From Apus apus (taxonomy: Eukaryota): a stretch of DNA of 64,000 bases. Made by a program: the position numbers and the translations under genes. Below the pieces are notes generated by a model. The model had not been told where the DNA came from. It searched no databases and saw nothing but the letters and a program-made list of their open reading frames with translations. The stretch lies in the NCBI RefSeq assembly GCF_020740795.1, contig NC_067310.1:493940-557939 (forward strand). The letters are read 5' to 3'. Positions 35,541-47,560 of this stretch are shown here, piece by piece (the first letter of the stretch is position 1; each line of letters begins with the position of its first letter).

Positions 35541-35869
35541 GGATCCCCTGGAACCCCTCAGAGACCCCTGGGGCCCCTCCAACCTTCCCCCCATCATTTT
35601 AGGATGACACTGCAACCTCCCACCATGGAGGACCCCCCACCTCATCTGTGGGTGCCCAGTGGAGAGCTCTGAGGGGTGAGTGAGGGGCAGGATCTCCCTT
35701 CCCAGGGGCTGGGGGTCAGGGCTGGCACCTCAGAGGTTCTTGTGATGAGCCTCAAATGCCCTAACAAGCTGCTTATCTTTTTGTGCTTTCCTTCAAGTCC
35801 TCAAGCTCACTGGAGCTGTTCCCCAGTGCAGTTAAGGAGGAAGATTTCAATGTGCACTTAATAAAAGAG

Positions 35870-36531
35870 ATCCATGGGGGGGCTTCCCGGGAACCGGGGC
35901 GACCCCTCCCAGCAGCAGCAGCTGCGGCAAGCACGGCTCTAGTCCCGAAGCAGATGACAAACGCAGGCTGGGCAAGCTCCTACTTTGGTCTGGTTTGGTT
36001 CAGGCTGGGCAGGCAGGGTCCCCGGGGAGCGGGCACAGGTGCCCCCCTTTCCCCTTCTCCAGGCAGCGGTCGTGGGGCAGCCCCCCCTTCCCTCTCGGCT
36101 CCTCTGGACAGTGGGGCTGGCGTTCCAGGGGCTTCTGGTGCTGCAGCAGGGTCTCCTGCAGGTTCCCATGGCTTCTGGTGCTGCAGCAGGGTCTCCTCCT
36201 GGGCAGGCAGAGAGCACCGGCCTGCAGATCTTGCCCTCTTTTATAGATCAGAAATCACTGTTTGACAAAGTACCTCTGTTCAAATTAGCCAATTAGCACT
36301 GGCCAGGTATGTCCTCTGTTAGAGGCATCTTTAACCTATTGTCCATTCTTCTGCCAGTTATCAGAACTCTTATGCTCTTTTCTTGCTGTGGACTTATCTG
36401 CTAGAGCAAGGGGCCTGTTCCAGTCTATCCTAGGATAAATCAGCAAAAAGACACCACTCTTGCTTTGCTGGCTTGAAAGGCATTTTATTTAGTCGGATGT
36501 GCGGGGAGAGAAAATGGACCGTTCCCCACCA
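35870..36531 (-). mobile_element. U3 fragment of a diverged LTR subfamily, the same subfamily as 49517-50484.
   Basis: Homologous to 49860-50470. The reverse complement of its end (TGGTGGGGAACGG...CCGACTAAATAAAATGCCTTTCAAGCCAGCAAAG) aligns with the canonical LTR 5' start TGTGGGAAACTGTTC...CAGTCTAAACAAAATGCCTTTTCAGCCAGCGAAG. Confidence 0.6.
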
Positions 36532-38311
36532 TATGTCCTTTGGAAAAAGAGGCAGGCCACTCAGGGTGAATATAAGGATATTCTGAGGCTATGCGGGGAG
36601 AAAATCAGAAGGGCCAAATCCCAATTTGAAATCAACCTGGCTGCAGCTGTCAAAGCTGAAAAGAAACACGTCTATAAATTATATCGCCCCAGAAGAAGTC
36701 AAGATAAAGGACGAGTTTGCTAAGGTAGATGAGGATTGGGTTAGGGATCAGTTGAGTAGTCTGGACATCCATAAATTGATGGGTCCAGATGGAATGCATC
36801 CAAGGGTGCTGAGGGAGCTGGCAGAGGTCATTGCTAGTCCACTCTCCATCATCTTCGGTAAGTCATGGGTAACAGGAGAGGTGCCTGAGGACTGGAGGAT
36901 AGCAAACGTCACTCCAGTCTACAAGAAGGGCAAGAAGGAGGACCCGGGTAACTATAGACCGGTCAGCCTCACCTCCATCCCTGGAAAGGTGATGGAACAA
37001 CTTGTCCTTGGCACTATCTCTAGGCATATCAAGGACATGGGGGTCATCAAGAGCAGTCAACATGGTTTTACCAAGGGTAAGTCATGTTTGACTAACCTTA
37101 TAGCCTTCTATGAGGAAATTACTAGGTGGATAGATGATGGTAGAGCGGTGGATGTGGTCTATCTTGATTTCAGTCAAGCATTTGACACCGTCTCCCACAG
37201 CATCCTTGTAGATAAGTTGATCAAGTATGGGTTTGATGATCAGGCAGTGAGGTGGATCAAGAACTGGTTGAAAGGAAGAAGTCAGAGAGTTGTAGTCAAT
37301 GGGGCAGAATCTAGTTGGAGGCCTGTGACTAGTGGAGTCCCTCAGGGGTCGGTACTGGGACCGGTGTTGTTCAACATCTTCATCAACGACCTGGATGAGG
37401 GTACAGAATGTACCCTCAGCAAGTTTGCTGATGACACCAAGCTGGGAGGAGTTGCTGACACACCAGAAGGCTGTGCTGCCATTCAGAGAGACTTAGACAG
37501 GCTGGAGACTTGGGCGGGGAAAAACCTGATGAAGTTCAACAAGGGCAAGTGTAGAGTTTTGCATTTGGGGAAGAAAAATGTCATGCACCAGTACAGGTTG
37601 GGGGCTGACCTGCTGGAGAGCAGTGTAGGTGAAAGGGATCTGGGGGTCCTGGTGGACAGGAGGATGACCATGAGCCAGCAATGTGCCCTTGTGGCTAAGA
37701 AGGCCAATGGCATCCTGGGGTGCATTAGAAGGGGTGTGGTTAGTAGGTCAAGAGAGGTTCTCCTCCCCCTCTGTTCTGCATTGGTGAAGCCGCATCTGGA
37801 ATATTGTGTCCAGTTCTGGGCCCCTCAGTTCAAGAAGGACAGGGAACTGCTTGAAAGAGTCCAGCGCAGAGCCACAAAGATGATTAAGGGAGTGGAACAT
37901 CTGCCTTATGAGGAAAGGTTGAGGGAGCTGGGTCTCTTTAGTTTGGAGAAAAGGAGACTGAGGGGGTGACCTCATCAATGTTTACAAATACGTAAAGGGT
38001 GAGTGTCAAGAAGATGGAGTTAAGCTTTTTTCAGTGATGACCAGTGATAGGACAAGGAGTAATGGATACTGATTGGAGCATAGGAGGTTTAAGGTGAATA
38101 TCAGAAAATTTTTTTTTACTGTGAGAGTGACAGAGCACTGGAACAGGCTGCCCAGAGAGGTTGTGGAGTCTTCTTCACTGGAGACATTCGAAACCCGCCT
38201 GGACGCATTCCTGTGTGATGTACTATAGGTGACCCTGCTCTGGCAGGGGGGTTGGACTAGATGATCTTTCGAGGTCCCTTCCAACCCCTAGGATTCTATG
38301 ATTCTATGATC
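36532..38311 (+). mobile_element. CR1 LINE, 5'-truncated at about 1.8 kb, with an open RT ORF and the 3' (ATTCTATG)n tail.
   Basis: The ORF at 36626-37969 contains [66 protein letters not shown] and [10 protein letters not shown]. It ends ccttccaaccccctaggATTCTATGATTCTATG. Confidence 0.92.
36626..37969 (+). CDS. CR1 ORF2 reverse-transcriptase domain. 447 aa open, N-terminally truncated.
   Basis: Carries the RT motifs listed for the CR1 copy at 36532-38311, including the FADD box. Confidence 0.85.
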   Translation: MKSTWLQLSKLKRNTSINYIAPEEVKIKDEFAKVDEDWVRDQLSSLDIHKLMGPDGMHPRVLRELAEVIASPLSIIFGKSWVTGEVPEDWRIANVTPVYKKGKKEDPGNYRPVSLTSIPGKVMEQLVLGTISRHIKDMGVIKSSQHGFTKGKSCLTNLIAFYEEITRWIDDGRAVDVVYLDFSQAFDTVSHSILVDKLIKYGFDDQAVRWIKNWLKGRSQRVVVNGAESSWRPVTSGVPQGSVLGPVLFNIFINDLDEGTECTLSKFADDTKLGGVADTPEGCAAIQRDLDRLETWAGKNLMKFNKGKCRVLHLGKKNVMHQYRLGADLLESSVGERDLGVLVDRRMTMSQQCALVAKKANGILGCIRRGVVSRSREVLLPLCSALVKPHLEYCVQFWAPQFKKDRELLERVQRRATKMIKGVEHLPYEERLRELGLFSLEKRRLRG

Positions 38312-38329
38312 TATCAACAAAAGGAGGGG

Positions 38330-38600
38330 TAAGGAGAACTTCTATCCCTTATTAGATGCAGCTGGACCAGGGAGGAGGAGAAGGCTGAGGTGCTTCATGC
38401 CTTCTTTGCCTCAGCCTTTAGCAGCAGGACCAGTTGCTCACTGAGTACGCAGCCCCCTGAGCTGGAAGGCAGGGATGGGGAGCAGAATGGAGCCCTCATC
38501 ATCCCAGAGGAGATGGTCAGTGACCTGCTGCACCACTTGGACACACACAAAGCTATGGGGCCAGATGGACCCACCCAAGGGGGCTGAGGGAGCAGGCAGA
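38330..38600 (+). mobile_element. Short CR1 fragment from the pre-RT region of ORF2.
   Basis: Contains AFFASAFSSRT and LLHHLDTHKAMGPDG, similar to 55481-55762(-). Confidence 0.6.
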
Positions 38601-38949
38601 AGTGTCATGCCCTGATCCTGCCCTTGGCATTGCACAGCTCCACATCCCAGTGCCCTGTGGAGAGCTCTGAGGGGTGAGTGAGGGACAGGATCTCCCTTCC
38701 CAGGGGCTGGGGGTCAGGGCTGGCACCTTTGGTGAAGGGGGACAGGGCTTGGTCCTCTGCAGTCATGAAACACACGCAGGGTCACTCAGACCCAGAGCCA
38801 CCTTCATCTTCCTCCTCCCCACATGCCATCCCTGCCTCCTCTTCCCTGCTCTGCCCACACCCTGGGGACGCTTCCTCACTCGTACTGGAGCCGCTTGGGA
38901 AGTGATGGGCACTGAAGCTCCTCCTGGCGCCCAGATTCCCAGTGCTGAG

Positions 38950-39480
38950 CTCCATGTGCCAGAGTCACCTTTCTCCTGCCCATCATGCCACCCGTGTGAC
39001 TGGCAGGACATGGACTGCTTTAATCACCCAGCAAGCTCCAATAGGAAGGCCTAATCATCCAGGTATTGTGGAAGCAATTCCAGACTGGCCAGAAGGCACA
39101 GACTTTGGAATGCCAGCACAAGAAGTGGTGAGACGGGCTCAAGAAGCTCTACCATGTGATCATCTCCCAGAGACTGAGGAACACTTTGCTCTTGTCACCG
39201 ATGGCTCCTGTCGTCTTGTAGGGAGCTGCCGGCAGTGGAAAGCTGCCCTGTGGAGTCCTGCACCAGCAGTTGCACAAGAGCTGAAGGAGAAGGTGAATGG
39301 AGTCAGTTTGCAGAGGTCAAAGCCATCCACCTGGCTCTGGACATTGCTGAGTCAGAGGGGTGGCCCAGGCTCTATCTCTAAACTGACTAGTGGGTGGCAG
39401 CAAGTGCCTTGTGGGGTTGGCTAAAGCAGGGGCAGCAGAACAACTGGAGTGAAAAGGTCAAGTTCTCTGGGTTGTGTCAC
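38950..39480 (+). pseudogene. ERV pol fragment covering the RT tether and RNase H. It is frameshifted.
   Basis: One frame reads FALVTDGSCRLVGSCRQWKAALWSPA. The next frame reads EWSQFAEVKAIHLALDIAESEGWPRLYL*TDSWVAASALWGWLKQ. Together these give the RNase H pattern TDGS...A(E/Q)xKAIxLAL...YTDS. Confidence 0.6.
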
Positions 39481-40619
39481 TGTTTGACTCAGGTCTGACA
39501 ACAACTCTCCTGATCCCCTTCCCCTCCCACCCAGGTAGGGAAAGAGAGAGAGAAAAAGAGAGAGACTTGGCTGGATTGAAAACTAAACTACACAACGTTA
39601 ATTAAACACTAATGAGAAAAGAAAATATATACAATTACATATGTTTAGTTATCTGCAAAAGCCTCTCTCCTCCCCGCACCCCAGCAACTCCCACAGCATC
39701 TCCTGAGCTGGAACAGTCCCGAGAAATCCCAAAGGGCTGCTGGAGAAAGCGGAGAGTGATGAGGGTCAGGAGAGCTGGAGCCTGGGGGTCCACGGGGAGG
39801 GAGGGACGGAGTCCTCCCCGGACGCTGGCCACAGGTGGAGAAGGGAAGAAGAAGCAGGAAGGAAGTTGTCTTGTGTGATTTCTGTGCTTCCCCTGAGCTC
39901 ACGTAGCTCTCTGGAATGGAAGATCTCAGGCCAGTTTTGCTGTCTGTCTCACTCAGCCTCCTCCGGGGGGGTCAGAGATCTCCCTGTACCGTCTGAGCCG
40001 GCAGAGTGAAGGTGCAACCTTGAAGCCCCAGCAGTTAGAGAAACATTGCACTGTTGTCAGTGCTAGTTGGAACACTCTGCTGCTAGTTAAAAGAACGCTT
40101 CCTGAAGGGGAAAAAAAAAGAGTAAAAGGAAAATTGCCCTAATCCTGGTTCAAACCAGGGCTATCTCCCAGCTCTGGATCTGAATGGCAGGTTTCAGTAG
40201 GGATGCTTCTGCTGAATGTTTAGAATGTTCTGTGGATGGTAGAACAAGATGTTGTTCCACTCACTGCCACTCCCCCACAGGCAAGGCTGCTGCCACCGCT
40301 GCTGCTGCTGCAAAGACCAAGGCCACTTGCACTCCATCCAGTGAGTAAAGGTTCATCCTGTCATCAAGGGAAAGGCAAAGACAACTGGTCCCAGACCTTA
40401 TCCCTGTCTGAAATCTCCACAGCTTCCACAGGACCAGGAAGAGAGTGATGGAGAAAATACTTCTCAAGCAGATGGAGGAGCAGGCCCTTCTCAAGCAGAT
40501 GACAATGATGACCTTGTCCAACCTTTCTCTCTAAAGGAACTGCACCTCATGAGAAAGGACTTCACCCTCCATGAAGATGAGCCACTTAGTTGGTTTCTCA
40601 GACCTCAGTACCTCAGTAC

Positions 40620-40830
40620 CTCAGACATCACAATGGGGCAGTAGAGCCTTAAATGGGATCTATGGCCATGACATCACAATGGGGCAGTAGAGCTTTAAAT
40701 GGGATGTATGGCCAAGACATCACAATGGGGCAGTAGAGCCTTAAATGGGATGTATGGCCATGACATCACAATGGGAGCAGTAGAGCCTTAAATGGGATGT
40801 ATGGCCGTGACATCACAATGGGTGGCCAGT
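40620..40830. repeat. Tandem repeat of about 45 bp, roughly 5 copies.
   Basis: catcacaatggggcagtagagccttaaatgggatgtatggccatgaca repeated. Confidence 0.85.
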
Positions 40831-42715
40831 TTGGGAAGCAGGGTGATGTCCACAGCCTGCAGGGAAAGAGCTGCAGGAGTCAGACACTGTAGGACATCCT
40901 GTGGTGGGGACAGCTGGGGGCAGAGCCATGGCTGAGAGCCCCCAGCCCAGGTCTTGATCTCCTGGGCTGTGGAGCTTCTCTCTGCAGCTGCCTACGAGGA
41001 GACACCTTCTCATGAGAGCAGAAGGACTCCATGGGCTCCTCATCACAGCCTGTGAGCCTGAGAAAGAGTGTATCCCAGTCCTGCTCCAGGCACTGCACAT
41101 CCCCACACCCCAGTGCCCGGGCAGAGCCCTGAGCAATGTGTGAGGGGCAGGATCTCTTCTCCCACGGCCTTTGGGTCAGGGCTTGGACCTTGGAATCATC
41201 TCACCCAGCCAGGCTGACTCCACCTCAGAGCCATCTTGTCCTTGCCTTTGCCTGCCTGTCAGCAGTTTGCACCTGACTCTGGCTTCTGGAGAGGTTTCTT
41301 CAGCTTCACTCCTCATCAGAGCCACCTTGCCATGGCCTTTCTCTGCCTGCCATGAGTGCTTCCAGGTTCCTGCTCTAAGCAGCCCCTGTGCAGCCTTTCC
41401 TGGTAATGGTCCTCCCTGGGACCCATTAATGCTGCAGAAAGTTGGGAGTGTGCAGCTGAGCCTGCCTTGTGGAGAGGAGCCCCAGCAGGGGCTGAGGGCA
41501 CTGCCTGCAGGCAGCAGGGGAGAGGAGCCAGGCAGGGAGAGAGGATAAAGGCAGGCAGGAGGGGCAGGACGGCTGAGAGCTACTGAAGGAGACATCTTCA
41601 CAGCCCTGGGCATGGTGAGTGTCTCTTTCCATGCCCCTCTGTGCGGGGAAGAGGAACCAGTCCTGGAGCTGCTGGCTTGGACAGGAGACCCAGACTCCTG
41701 CAGCTTTCCAGGGAGAGAGGAACAGGTTTGTCAAGGCCCCTGAGAAAGTGCCTTCAGCCTTTCCTCTGCCTGCAGGAAGCACTGCCCTCAGCTCTGTGCT
41801 CTCCCCAGGGCTGATCTGGTCTCCTCTTCAGGAGTGGCCAGCACAGAGCTGCCCCTGGGCAGGGTCCTGCTGCCAGGAGGGCTCTGCAGGGCAGAGCTGA
41901 GCACAGGCTGGGTGGGATGGGGCTGTGAGCAGGGCCAGGGAGGAGAGGTGGGGACAGTTTCCAGCAGGAGCAGCTGCAGTCAGGTCCCTTCCCCGCAGCA
42001 AGCCCTTGGTCTCCTCTGCTCCACAGCAGAGCTCCTGGCTCCAAGGCACTGGGATCTCAGCCTGAGTCACCTGCTCAGCAGCTTGATCCCTGCGGAGGAG
42101 AAGTGTCCAAGTGCCACCTCAGGGTGCCTGTCCTCCCTCACTGGGAGCATCAGGGCATTTCTCCATCTGGCCCTCCTGCCTCTGCTGTCCTTGCCCTTTC
42201 CCTCAGGCTCCCTAAGGACAAGGGTGTCTAAGGTGCAGCTCAGACACCGATTCTGCAGGAGCTCTCAGGCAGCTGTGGCCAGGGCAGCAAAACCGCTGGG
42301 CCCAGCCCAGCTGAGGTTCTCTGGACATGCTGGGCTGGAGGGCTTGGGACCAGCCAGCTCTGCTGGTGGCACCACAGCTGTAGGAATTTCGTGGAGGTTC
42401 TCCTACAGGAATATGCACAAGTGGATCACAGATGAGGAAAAGAGGGTATTTTTGAAGCTGACATACTTTTCCCAGCTCCCCCCTGCTGTGGAGCAGGGAC
42501 AACTCCTTGGGAGCTCAGCTCCTCACAGCACACTTGACCCACATGTCCAGAGCTCCAGCCAGGGAGATCCAAGAAGGTTCTGTAAGAAGGAGACAATGTC
42601 TGTTTTCAGAGGGTGGGGTGTGAAGGGAGGGAATGGGAAGAGATTTCCTCAGGGCTGTCCTGACTTGTGAATGTGCTTTCCTCCTCTGGCAGCACCTCAT
42701 AAGGAAAGGGCTGGG

Positions 42716-43630
42716 ATGTCCAACAGCAGCTCCATCAGCCAGTTCCTCCTCCTGGCATTCGCAGACAGGCGGGAGCTGCAGCTCCTGCACTTATGGCTCT
42801 TCCTGGGCATCTACCTGGCTGCCCTCCTGGGCAACGGCCTCATCATCACCACCATCGCCTGGGACCACCACCTCCACACCCCCATGTACTTCTTCCTGCT
42901 CAACCTCTCCCTCCTTGACCTGGGCTGCATCTCCACCACCCTCCCCAAAGCCATGGCCAATTCCCTCTGGAACACCAAGGCCATCTCCTATTCAGCATGT
43001 GCTGCACAGGTCTTGTTCTTTTTATTCTTCATCATAGCAGAGTGGTATCTTCTCACCATCATGTGCTATGACCGCTACGTGGCCATCTGCAGACCCCTGC
43101 ATTACGGGACCCTCCTGGGCAGCAGAGCTTGTGTCCACATGGCAGCAGCTGCCTGGGCCTCTGGGTTTCTCAATGCTCTGCTGCACACAGCCAGTACATT
43201 TTCACTGCCCCTCTGCCAGGGCAATGCCCTGGGACAGTTCTTCTGTGAAATCCCCCAGATTCTCAAGCTCTCCTGCTCACACTCCTACCTCAGGGAAGTT
43301 GGGATTCTTGTGGTTAGTCTCTTTTTAGGTTTTGGCTGTTTTGTCTTCATGGTGGTGTCCTATGTGCAGATCTTCAGGGCCGTACTGAGGATCCCCTCTC
43401 AGCAGGGAAGGCACAAATCCTTCTCCACCTGCCTCCCTCACCTGGCCGTGGTCTCCCTGGTCACCAGCACTGTCCTGTTTGCCTACCTGAAGCCCCCCTC
43501 CATCTCCTCCCCATCCCTGGACCTGGTGGTGGCAGTTCTGTACTCAGTGGTGCCTCCAGCAGTGAACCCCCTCATCTACAGCATGAGGAACCAGGTGCTC
43601 AAGGATGCCCTCAGGAAAGTGATTTCTTAA
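42716..43630 (+). CDS. Olfactory receptor of the OR14-like avian-expanded clade. Intact, 304 aa.
   Basis: Paralogue of OR1 with all motifs present: MCYDRYVAICRPLHY, KSFSTCLPHL and PAVNPLIYSMRNQ. The stop is at 43628-43630. The upstream region is the same as for OR2. The downstream region is the same as for OR1. Confidence 0.9.
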   Translation: MSNSSSISQFLLLAFADRRELQLLHLWLFLGIYLAALLGNGLIITTIAWDHHLHTPMYFFLLNLSLLDLGCISTTLPKAMANSLWNTKAISYSACAAQVLFFLFFIIAEWYLLTIMCYDRYVAICRPLHYGTLLGSRACVHMAAAAWASGFLNALLHTASTFSLPLCQGNALGQFFCEIPQILKLSCSHSYLREVGILVVSLFLGFGCFVFMVVSYVQIFRAVLRIPSQQGRHKSFSTCLPHLAVVSLVTSTVLFAYLKPPSISSPSLDLVVAVLYSVVPPAVNPLIYSMRNQVLKDALRKVIS

Positions 43631-43989
43631 TTGTTTAAGAGTGAGAGATTTAAAGCCTCTTTACAGAAGTGATTGCACTTTATGTCATTGCACCCTTTTT
43701 GTGTGTTTATTTTTTTGTTTTGTTTTTAGATTTTTTGGGTATTGTACTCTGTTGGGGTTTGTTGTTGTTTTATTTATTGTTAATATTATTATTTTATATC
43801 TCATTACTGCTGTTGTTATTGTCATGCTTGGTTTTGTTCCTGCAAAGATGTTTGCACTTGTGTCGCTACAACTCAGACATGGACCTGATTTGTTTCCTTT
43901 GATCCATTATTAAAGTTTCTAACACTTGCTCTGTGTCCTCGGCTGTCCAGTAACCCAAATTAGCTGCTCTGCATGGCATCCTGGCCCCC

Positions 43990-44200
43990 AGCCATGTCAC
44001 TTGCACCACTCAGCTCTCTAGGTCATTAATACAGATATTAACCAGGACTGGTCCCAGGACGGACCCCTGAGGGACACTTGTCACCATCTCCATCTGGACA
44101 CTGAGCCATTCACCACTGCCCTCTGGATCTGACCTTCTCACCCATTCCTCATCCCCTGAGCAGTCCACACATCAAATCCTTCTCTCTCCAGGTTAGAGAG
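43990..44200 (-). mobile_element. Old diverged CR1 RT fragment in the OR 3' flank.
   Basis: gtcattaatacagatattaaccaggactggtcccaggacggacccctgagggacacttgtcacc is similar to the reverse complement of the CR1 FINDLD region at 54830-54900. It is also copied at 29870-29940. Confidence 0.5.
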
Positions 44201-47200
44201 AAGGATGTTTTGAGGGACCACGTCAAGGGCCTCACACAATCCAGGGAGGTGACACCCATGGCTCTTCCCTTCCCAATGATGCAGTCACTCTGCCTCCCTA
44301 TTTGCAACTGGCCTTATAACTTTGAGCACACACCACTGGCTCCTGGGACACTCCTTGAACACCCAGGCCGTTCTTCTCAGGGTCACTGCTGAGTTGCTCA
44401 GCTCTCAGCCAGCCCTCATTCTGGGGATGATTTTGCCCCTGGCAAAGGACTGACTGCTTCTCTGTGTAAAACTCTGTGAGGTTTCTTCTGACTGAATCCC
44501 AGAGTTTAAGAATCGAGAAAACAACACGGAGAGGTGCTGTGCTGGACCTTGATCTCACCTGCAAGGAAGGGCTGGTGAGGGATGCCAAGCTCAAGGGCAG
44601 CCTTGGTTGTAGCCAATATCGACTTGCGACACCAGGTTAACCCCATTGCTCCTCACTCCATGACTCCATTATAGAAGTTTCTAACACTTGCTCTGAGTCC
44701 TTGGCTGTCCAGTAACCCAAATTAGCTGCTCTGCATGGCATCCTGGCCCCCAGCCATGTCACTTGCACCACTCAGCTCTCTAGGTCATTGATACAGATAT
44801 TAACCAGGACTCTCTCAGCCCTTCAATGATCCTTGTGGCCTCCTCTGGGCTCCCTCCAGAAGCTCCATGCCATTCTGGTCTTGGGCACCCCAGAACTGAA
44901 CACAGCACTGCAGTTACGGTCTTCCCACAGCAGAGCAGAGGGGGAGAGTCACCTCCCTCGACAAGAGAAGGCCTGAAGAAACAGCAATACCAGTGATACT
45001 AATAGAAGACAAGACAGAGTGCTGCACAAGACACTTGCTCATCTCCTGGGACACCGTGCACGTGATTCTTCCGAGCGACAATTCCCCACCCCAGCAACCC
45101 CTGAGCTGATATGCTGAGCCTGACATCCTATGTGTTGAATCAATTCTTACCTTGTGTCTTGGTTTAAACAGACAGGGTGAACCACAGAAGGCAGAATTGC
45201 TCCCTATTACCCTTCTCCAGCCTCCCAAGGGAAAACAGAAGTGGAATAAGGAAGAGAGACTGAAGGGCTGGAAATGGAAACAGGAAGGAATTCACTCTAA
45301 CACTGGGAAGGGAGGAACAGGTTGGGGGGGAGAACAGGTCTCTGCACTGATACACAAACACATACAAACCCCATCTCGCTGATGGCAGGAATGGGTGGGT
45401 GAGGGTCCCTTGCAGCAAGGCCACTTCAGGAGAGGGGTCCACAGCTCCTCCCAGCACCTGGTGGAGTTGGATTCCAGAGAGCACCTGGTGAACTGAAGAA
45501 TCCCCAGGCAGCAGCAGCAGCAGAAAGGAAGGAGGCAGAGGAAGGAAAGGGCCTGAGCTTCTGGTTCTCCTGCTTTTGTAGAGTATGGCAGGAACAGGGG
45601 GAATATTGACCCATCCCTGTTCCGACCCTCCTGGGTCTTTCAGGGAGTTAAGGACCCTCTCTCTAGTTCCTCTTACAGGTGTTCAACACCAGGCCAGAAT
45701 CACTCAAACCTAAACACCCCTGACCCAGGTGCCATTGCCTGCTCAATACCGACCTTCCAGCCCATGAATCCTGCAGACAGAGGCAGGTGACAGCAAGCCC
45801 GGCCCTAAAGGCAGGCTGTGGCCACCAGCAGGAAACACTCCAAGGTGCAACAGGTTGACAAAATAGGACTCACAGCCCTGTGGGCAGAGATGGTGGCCAG
45901 CAGCTGGGACAGGCTGGTGGCCCTTGGTTCAAGGTAGCACATCCCGGAGCTGCATCCAGGTGGTTTCCAGGGGACATTGCTGTCAACGTGGAGTGACCTG
46001 GAGACACTGTCTGTCCTACAGACCCTCACAGCTCCCCCAGGAAGAGCTGGGGGGGTTGTGCTCTCTGGGGTTCATCTCACCACCTGCACATGATGCTCAT
46101 GCTCAGGTCTTGTCTACACAGGGCAAACATGGACTCCTGCCCTTGCTGACAATGTGTCCCTGTGGGAGGGACAAGCAATCTCTGTCAGCTGTGGTGAGAG
46201 GCCAGTGCTGGGGAGGGTGGTTGTTCTGGCTGCTGAGTGACAATGGCCCTGGGGCAGCTTTCCTGGGCTGCCCAGTGAAGACAGAGCAGAGCCTGCCAGG
46301 CCAGGACCTTTCTCCCAGAGATTCCTGGAGCAGCAGAGGCAAAGTCTGAGGGAGGAAGGCAGCCAAAGCCAGCAGCAGCCTTGGACCAGGGTTCGCCTCT
46401 AAGGACCATTGCAAGACGGATCGTTGAGTACACATTAAAGTGGATCTGTCAGCCTGGGCCTCCACCGACCCCCAAAGAGCCTTCAGGAAGGCCTGTCCCA
46501 AGAGCACCCACCCCGTGGAACAGGCAGGAGAGACGGGACACTGAGATCAGCCTCCTCTCCATGTGCCCAGGGTTTTCCAGGCAGCCTGTCCCTCCGGTGG
46601 CTCCGAAGCCCCCTGCCCAGGCAGGAGCACGGCGCAGGGTGATGCTGCTTTGAGCTTCTCCATGGCCAGCCCCAGCAGCCCCTGTCAGAAAAGAGGGGGT
46701 GAGCTGGGGGGCTGGGACCATGTGCTGGGGAGGCCTGTGTGGTAAGAGAGGCACGGAAGTCCTCGGCAGCTCGACCCTTCTCCTGGAGTCCTGATGAAAG
46801 GGGAGCTGTCAGCCTGGGCCTGCAGTGCAGGGGGGGCAGCTGTGCCAGAGCTCTGGAAGGAGCCATGGAGCACTGTCTCCCTGCTGGTGTCCCCAAGGGT
46901 GACCCAGCGAGTGGAGCAGGACAGAGGAGAGAGGTGAGCAGGGAGGGAGAGGGCTCAGCTGGGGAGCCTGGGACATGGCGGGGGCTGCTGTGGGACCTGC
47001 CCTGTCCTGCCCCTGTCGGGCAGGAGGCTGAGGAGCTGGCGCCTCGAGTGTCTCTCTCTTCCTCGGCCGGGCACAGAAGGCAGCAGCAGGACTAGGAGCT
47101 GCTGGGCTGATGGACCCGGAGCTGCTGAAGCTGCCCCTCGGGGTCAAGGTCCCTGTGCCGCCCGGCTCCAGGGCTGTGTTCCACAGGGCAACGCTGGGGA

Positions 47201-47226
47201 AAAGGTAAAGGAAGCAGCAAGGGGTC

Positions 47227-47560
47227 ATGGATGCTCGTTGGCTCTGGACAGTGACACTGACTGGACAGGTGGGTCAGGGGGTATCAAAGGGGCGAGGGCA
47301 GCAGGTGGGCCCTTCCCTCCTCCCTGAGGCCCGTTCGGACGCTTTCTGCCTGGGACACCCCCCTGCTGCGGACACTGGTGCTGGGACCCTGCCTGCCTGC
47401 CTGCCCCGGGTCCAGCCTGAGCCTCAGCGCCGAGCGTGCCGGGGTCCCGAGCCCTGGGGTCGGGGCCGGAGCCCCCTCCCCGTGTTGCTGCCCCTGGAGG
47501 GGAGACCAGCGGCCGCTGCACCCGCTGCCGAGAGGCTGCCCCTCCGACACCATGGACCTG
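47227..47560 (+). mobile_element. LTR fragment that forms part of block A'. It is truncated at 47560, where the flank of the 45-bp repeat begins.
   Basis: Homologous to the reverse complement of 3400-3737. It carries the same 5' breakpoint (ggggtcatggatgctcg) as the provirus LTR. Confidence 0.8.

Larger units (their letters stand above)
40236..43630. repeat. Segmental duplication block B'. It is inverted relative to B and ends in OR3.
   Basis: Rests on the mirrored ORF pairs listed under block B (18754-19590(-)/41834-42670(+) and the others). Confidence 0.9.

Noticed and set aside
36499-36723. A 74-aa ORF spanning the LTR/CR1 junction.
   Set aside because: It is a chimeric reading frame across two unrelated elements.
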